From positions 448,001-512,000 of the forward strand of contig CAVZDU010000003.1 in NCBI GenBank assembly GCA_963774265.1: a stretch of 64,000 nucleotides of DNA, read 5' to 3'. Origin of the DNA: an uncultured Chloroflexia bacterium (GTDB lineage: Bacteria > Chloroflexota > Anaerolineae > CG2-30-64-16). The notes beneath the pieces are model-generated. The model was given only the letters and a program-made list of their open reading frames with translations, was not told the DNA's origin and made no database searches. This document shows positions 60,731-64,000 of this stretch, piece by piece. Position numbers and translations under genes: made by a program. Positions within the stretch are counted from its first letter, which is position 1. Each line of letters starts with the position of its first letter.

Positions 60731-61542
60731 GATCCAACCTGCTGAAATCGCGCGCCTAGCCCACCGCTTGGGCCTTGGCGACAAGACCGTCGAAAAGGAC
60801 TACGCGCTGACGTGGACGCTGCTGGCGGTCGCGGACTCACCGCTGCGTGACCGCCTGGCCTTCAAGGGCGGCACCGCGCTCAAGAGGGTCTACGTGCCGG
60901 AGTATCGGTTCTCAGAAGATCTCGACTTCACATTGCTGGCTGAGAATGTCCAACGATGAGCTGGTCGGTGCAGTGGAGGCCCTCTTCACCTGGTTGCGAC
61001 GCGAGGCCAACATCACGCTCGCCGTCCGCCGGCTGAAGGTGCACCAGACCGGGAACCCGGCGATCTATCTGAACTACACAGGTCCTTTGGGCGGCGACCT
61101 GATCACTCGGTTTTTCAAGACGGACTTCACGCGCGATGAAGTGCTTCTCTTCCCACTGGTCGAGGCGCCTTTGCATGTGCCGTACAGCGATTGTCAATCG
61201 CGCAGCCAGACGTTGCGCGTCTACTCGCCCGAGGAGATTCTGGCCGAGAAGCTGTGCGCGCTGCTCGGACGCACAGAGCCGCGCGATCTGTACGATGTAT
61301 ATTACATTCTGGAGCACGACCTGGCGGATGCCCAGGCTGTTTCGTATCGGGTAGATGCCAAGATGGCGCATAGCAAGGTGCAACGGGCCGAACTGGGCGG
61401 CGTGTTGGTACGCAAACAGGAGACCTTGCGCCGGCTATGGGAGCCACGACTGAAGGGCCAGATGCCCGACCTGCCACACCTGGATACCGTGATTCGTGAG
61501 ACAAATCGTTGGCTGCGGCAAGCGGGACTTGTGGGCGAGTAG
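60729..61542 (+). CDS. second AbiEii nucleotidyltransferase toxin, frameshift near 60950
   Basis: VEKDY, FKGGTAL, RFSEDLDF, AEKLCAL and PRDLYD. Confidence 0.88.
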
Positions 61543-61745
61543 CAGAGCAGGCTCGCCGCATCATCATCAAGTGACTGACCGCTCCACTCATGGTGGCCGC
61601 CATGGAGGATGATGAACTCATTCATGAGACGCAGGCGATCGTGGGCCGCCAAACCCCCTCAGCGCTGGTCGCCACATGCAGGTAGCGTCCCAGCGGCGGG
61701 CCCGGCAGCCTTCATCGCCGACATGGCGAGGCTCCCTGAAAAGCC

Positions 61746-61774
61746 GCGTGTGTGACTGAATCTGTCACACACGC
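61746..61774. terminator. hairpin between convergent genes
   Basis: GCGTGTGTGAC / GTCACACACGC perfect 11-bp stem. Confidence 0.55.
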
Positions 61775-61894
61775 CGCAACTTCTAAGAGGGCCTGGCTAG
61801 CGGATGAGGAACGTGCTACTGACAGCCCGGCAGAGATAGCTCGGCGAAACCCGGTGCTGGCACTCGGCGAACAACAGAAGGAAATCCTCTCGTG

Positions 61895-62683
61895 CTATGC
61901 GGCCGGCCTGCTGTTTGCTGAGCTTGCCGGCAACCGGAGTGGGCGCACCCCGCTCCAGATCAACAACACTGCGACGATCCCAGCTGCGACCCATGCCGCC
62001 AGCGAGACTGCGGGGATGGGCGCTTGCCTGAGGGCGATGCCGATCAAAGCCCAAACCGGCACGGCCAGATAGGCCACGTCGCGCCGCGTCACGGCCACCA
62101 AGGCGGCGACGGCCACGGCTGCCGCCAACATGATGATCGTCCAGGTCGCCGGCGCAATGCCCCAGCCGTCCCAGCCCAGCACATAGAGCAGTTGCGACGC
62201 GTTGGCGATGGTCGCCACGGTGATCCAGCCCAGGTAGATGCTGAATGGCACGCCCACCGCCCAAGTCTCATTTGGGGCGACGCGGGTCCGCCCCGTGCCC
62301 AGGCGCAGATAAATGCCGATCAGGGCGCCCAGCAGTATCAGCATGAACAGCATGCTGAGCGGGAAATGCTCGTAGTGCCACGCGAAGATCCAGGCGATAT
62401 TCGCCAGGCTCGCCACGACGAAGAGGCCGCCGATGCGCCGCAGCCGGCTGTTCTCCCGTCGGCTGGGGAGCGCCTGGAAGATCGCGAAGGCGATGAGGCC
62501 CAGGTATATGACGCCCCAGATCGCGAAGACATAGGCCGCCGGCACGAACAAGACCGGAAACTGGTCGGTGACTTCGCCGGATCGCATGCCGTTGAGCGGC
62601 AGGATGTTAGCCAGCGCATTGATGACAAGGGTTGCCACCAGTCCGATAATGGTGACAACCTGACGAAGGGTATCGCGTTGCAT
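61895..62683 (-). CDS. TspO/MBR-like tryptophan-rich membrane protein
   Basis: PAAYVFAIWGVIY, NIAWIFAWH and PFSIYLGWITVATIAN. Confidence 0.8.
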   Translation of the reverse strand: MQRDTLRQVVTIIGLVATLVINALANILPLNGMRSGEVTDQFPVLFVPAAYVFAIWGVIYLGLIAFAIFQALPSRRENSRLRRIGGLFVVASLANIAWIFAWHYEHFPLSMLFMLILLGALIGIYLRLGTGRTRVAPNETWAVGVPFSIYLGWITVATIANASQLLYVLGWDGWGIAPATWTIIMLAAAVAVAALVAVTRRDVAYLAVPVWALIGIALRQAPIPAVSLAAWVAAGIVAVLLIWSGVRPLRLPASSANSRPAA

Positions 62684-62749
62684 AGTTTCGCTCCTTGTAT
62701 GATACTTTCGGCAGGTTGCGGGCCCGCTTCAGGATCAGCAGGCTTCGAC

Positions 62750-63751
62750 TCATTGTGATACGTCAGCGCGCCTCAGATAGGACGAAATCTCTCCCGCCAG
62801 CGCGCTGCCCTTCGCCTCGTCGAAGCTGCCGGTCGTGCGCCACAGGATGCCGCCCTGGCGGTCGACCAGCAGGACGTGAACCTCGTTCTTGCTGGGGATG
62901 CCGAGCGCCCGCATGAACCTTGCCAGGTCGATGTAAAGCGTGATGGTGCGTTCGCGCGCCCTGGCGTTGGGGATGCCTGCCCGCATGCCCTCGTTGATGA
63001 AGGTACGCGAGAGCGCGGGCAGCTCATTAATGGTGGGCAATTCATAGTAGGCGAGCTCAGAAAAGGAGGATTCCAGCTTGTCCGCGAAAGGAATCCAGGT
63101 GTTGACGATGGTCTGCTGGAACTGCAAAAACGGCACGAACAGGAGATTGAGATCGCCCCGGAAGTCGCGCGGGAACTCGAGTTCCTGGCGGTTCAGGTTG
63201 AATCCTGAAACTACGGGAAATCTGACGCTGTCCGAGCCGACATCTAGCCGGCTCCGGCGAACTAGTAGCGGCATTGCTTCCTCTTTTCTTGTGAACAACG
63301 CCCGCCAGGCGCCGGTGGACCACATTGCCCAGAGCACGAGCACCGGCTGGAAGAACAGCCGAACGAAGCGGGCCTGATCGGTGTTCAACCCGAAGGCATC
63401 GATCCGGTTGACGTACTGGGAGATGTTGCCCGGGAAGATCAGCACAAAGAACGCAGCAGCGGCCAGGCCGACGAGCACGCGCTGTTTGAACAGGAAGATC
63501 AGGGCTAGCCCCAGCGCAATCTCAGCGATCCCGGACAGGATGACGACCAGATCGCCATTCACTGGCAGCCAGGTCGGCACCTGGGCCAGAAACTCGGCCC
63601 GCGCCACCGTGAGATGGGTGGTCCCGGCAAAGACCAGGAATGCGCCCAACAGGATGCGCAAGACTGTCTGCACCGTCCGGGAGGTCTTCTGTCCCGTACC
63701 GGGCTGTTCGGAGCGAAGGCTCTTGTTCTCTGTGATCACCCAATTCTCCAT
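62750..63751 (-). CDS. DoxX-like membrane domain in frame with an ATP10/thioredoxin-like domain
   Basis: AGTTHL..QVPTWLP..SGIAEI..FPGNI..RLFFQP, then FPRDFRG, QQTIVNTW, GMRAGIP and LVDRQGGILW. Confidence 0.7.
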   Translation of the reverse strand: MENWVITENKSLRSEQPGTGQKTSRTVQTVLRILLGAFLVFAGTTHLTVARAEFLAQVPTWLPVNGDLVVILSGIAEIALGLALIFLFKQRVLVGLAAAAFFVLIFPGNISQYVNRIDAFGLNTDQARFVRLFFQPVLVLWAMWSTGAWRALFTRKEEAMPLLVRRSRLDVGSDSVRFPVVSGFNLNRQELEFPRDFRGDLNLLFVPFLQFQQTIVNTWIPFADKLESSFSELAYYELPTINELPALSRTFINEGMRAGIPNARARERTITLYIDLARFMRALGIPSKNEVHVLLVDRQGGILWRTTGSFDEAKGSALAGEISSYLRRADVSQ

Positions 63752-63828
63752 GTGACGCCTGCGATTACGTCGTACACACAGGGGCACGGGGATGCAAAAC
63801 CGGGGAGAAGGTATCTGGTACCCAGGCT

Positions 63829-64000
63829 CTAGTAAGTCAAACCGACCGCGCGGCGCACGAAGCGCTCATCCGCCAGGTTCTGCAACATGAAGTCGGCCAC
63901 ATCGGCGCGCGCAATGCGTGGTTGGCTAATCTTCTCCGCGGGTCGGTGATGCAGCGGTAGATGCCGGTCCGGGGGCCATCCTCCAGTCCGCCCGGCCTGG
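63829..64000 (-). CDS. C-terminus of an NAD(P)H-binding (BVR-B-like) oxidoreductase, truncated by the window edge
   Basis: RPGGLEDGPRTG and IARADVADFMLQNLADERFVRRAVGLTY-stop. Confidence 0.75.
   Translation of the reverse strand, partial: QAGRTGGWPPDRHLPLHHRPAEKISQPRIARADVADFMLQNLADERFVRRAVGLTY

Overview
GC-rich bacterial window, most likely Chloroflexota (Anaerolineae-like). This is an inference from the Pro/Thr-rich lipoprotein linkers, a C-terminal YLPLVRK motif, CCA-less tRNAs and STAND-LuxR regulators. Single-base frameshifts split many genes, including housekeeping ychF, and probably reflect long-read consensus errors. Layout: (1) 0.4-8.5 kb LacI-controlled monosaccharide ABC/kinase operon; (2) 8.7-14.2 kb phage-derived module with a Zn-finger/TOPRIM/ATPase primase-helicase, an RHH protein, an orphan ORF and terminase small and large subunits, but no visible integrase, portal or capsid, plus two inverted iteron-like sites inside the primase gene and four one-mismatch LexA-type boxes; (3) 14-25 kb mixed genes (serine hydrolase-TolB fusion, STAND ATPase, HAD, B12-binding enzyme, histone-H1-like tail protein, CtaA, PAS); (4) 25-38.6 kb probable amino-sugar/glycoside locus (SDR, M20 deacylase, PLP fold-III enzyme; NahK-like kinase, CutC, GlmU-like/phosphohexomutase fusion, DUF4432; GH4 and ABC transporter); (5) 38.7-48 kb decayed accessory zone with two TA systems, several gene fragments and a 4.1-kb block bounded by 27-bp direct repeats derived from an integrase gene; (6) a 2,678-bp tyrosine-recombinase mini-element in tRNA-Pro(CGG) with 40-bp att repeats; (7) core genes ychF, rpsF-ssb-rpsR, a PPIase, rel and tRNA-Arg(UCG), then a second AbiE pair and membrane genes. 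The best candidates for undescribed systems are the replication-plus-packaging module (2) and the mini-element (6). All calls come from motif recognition by eye; no database searches were run.
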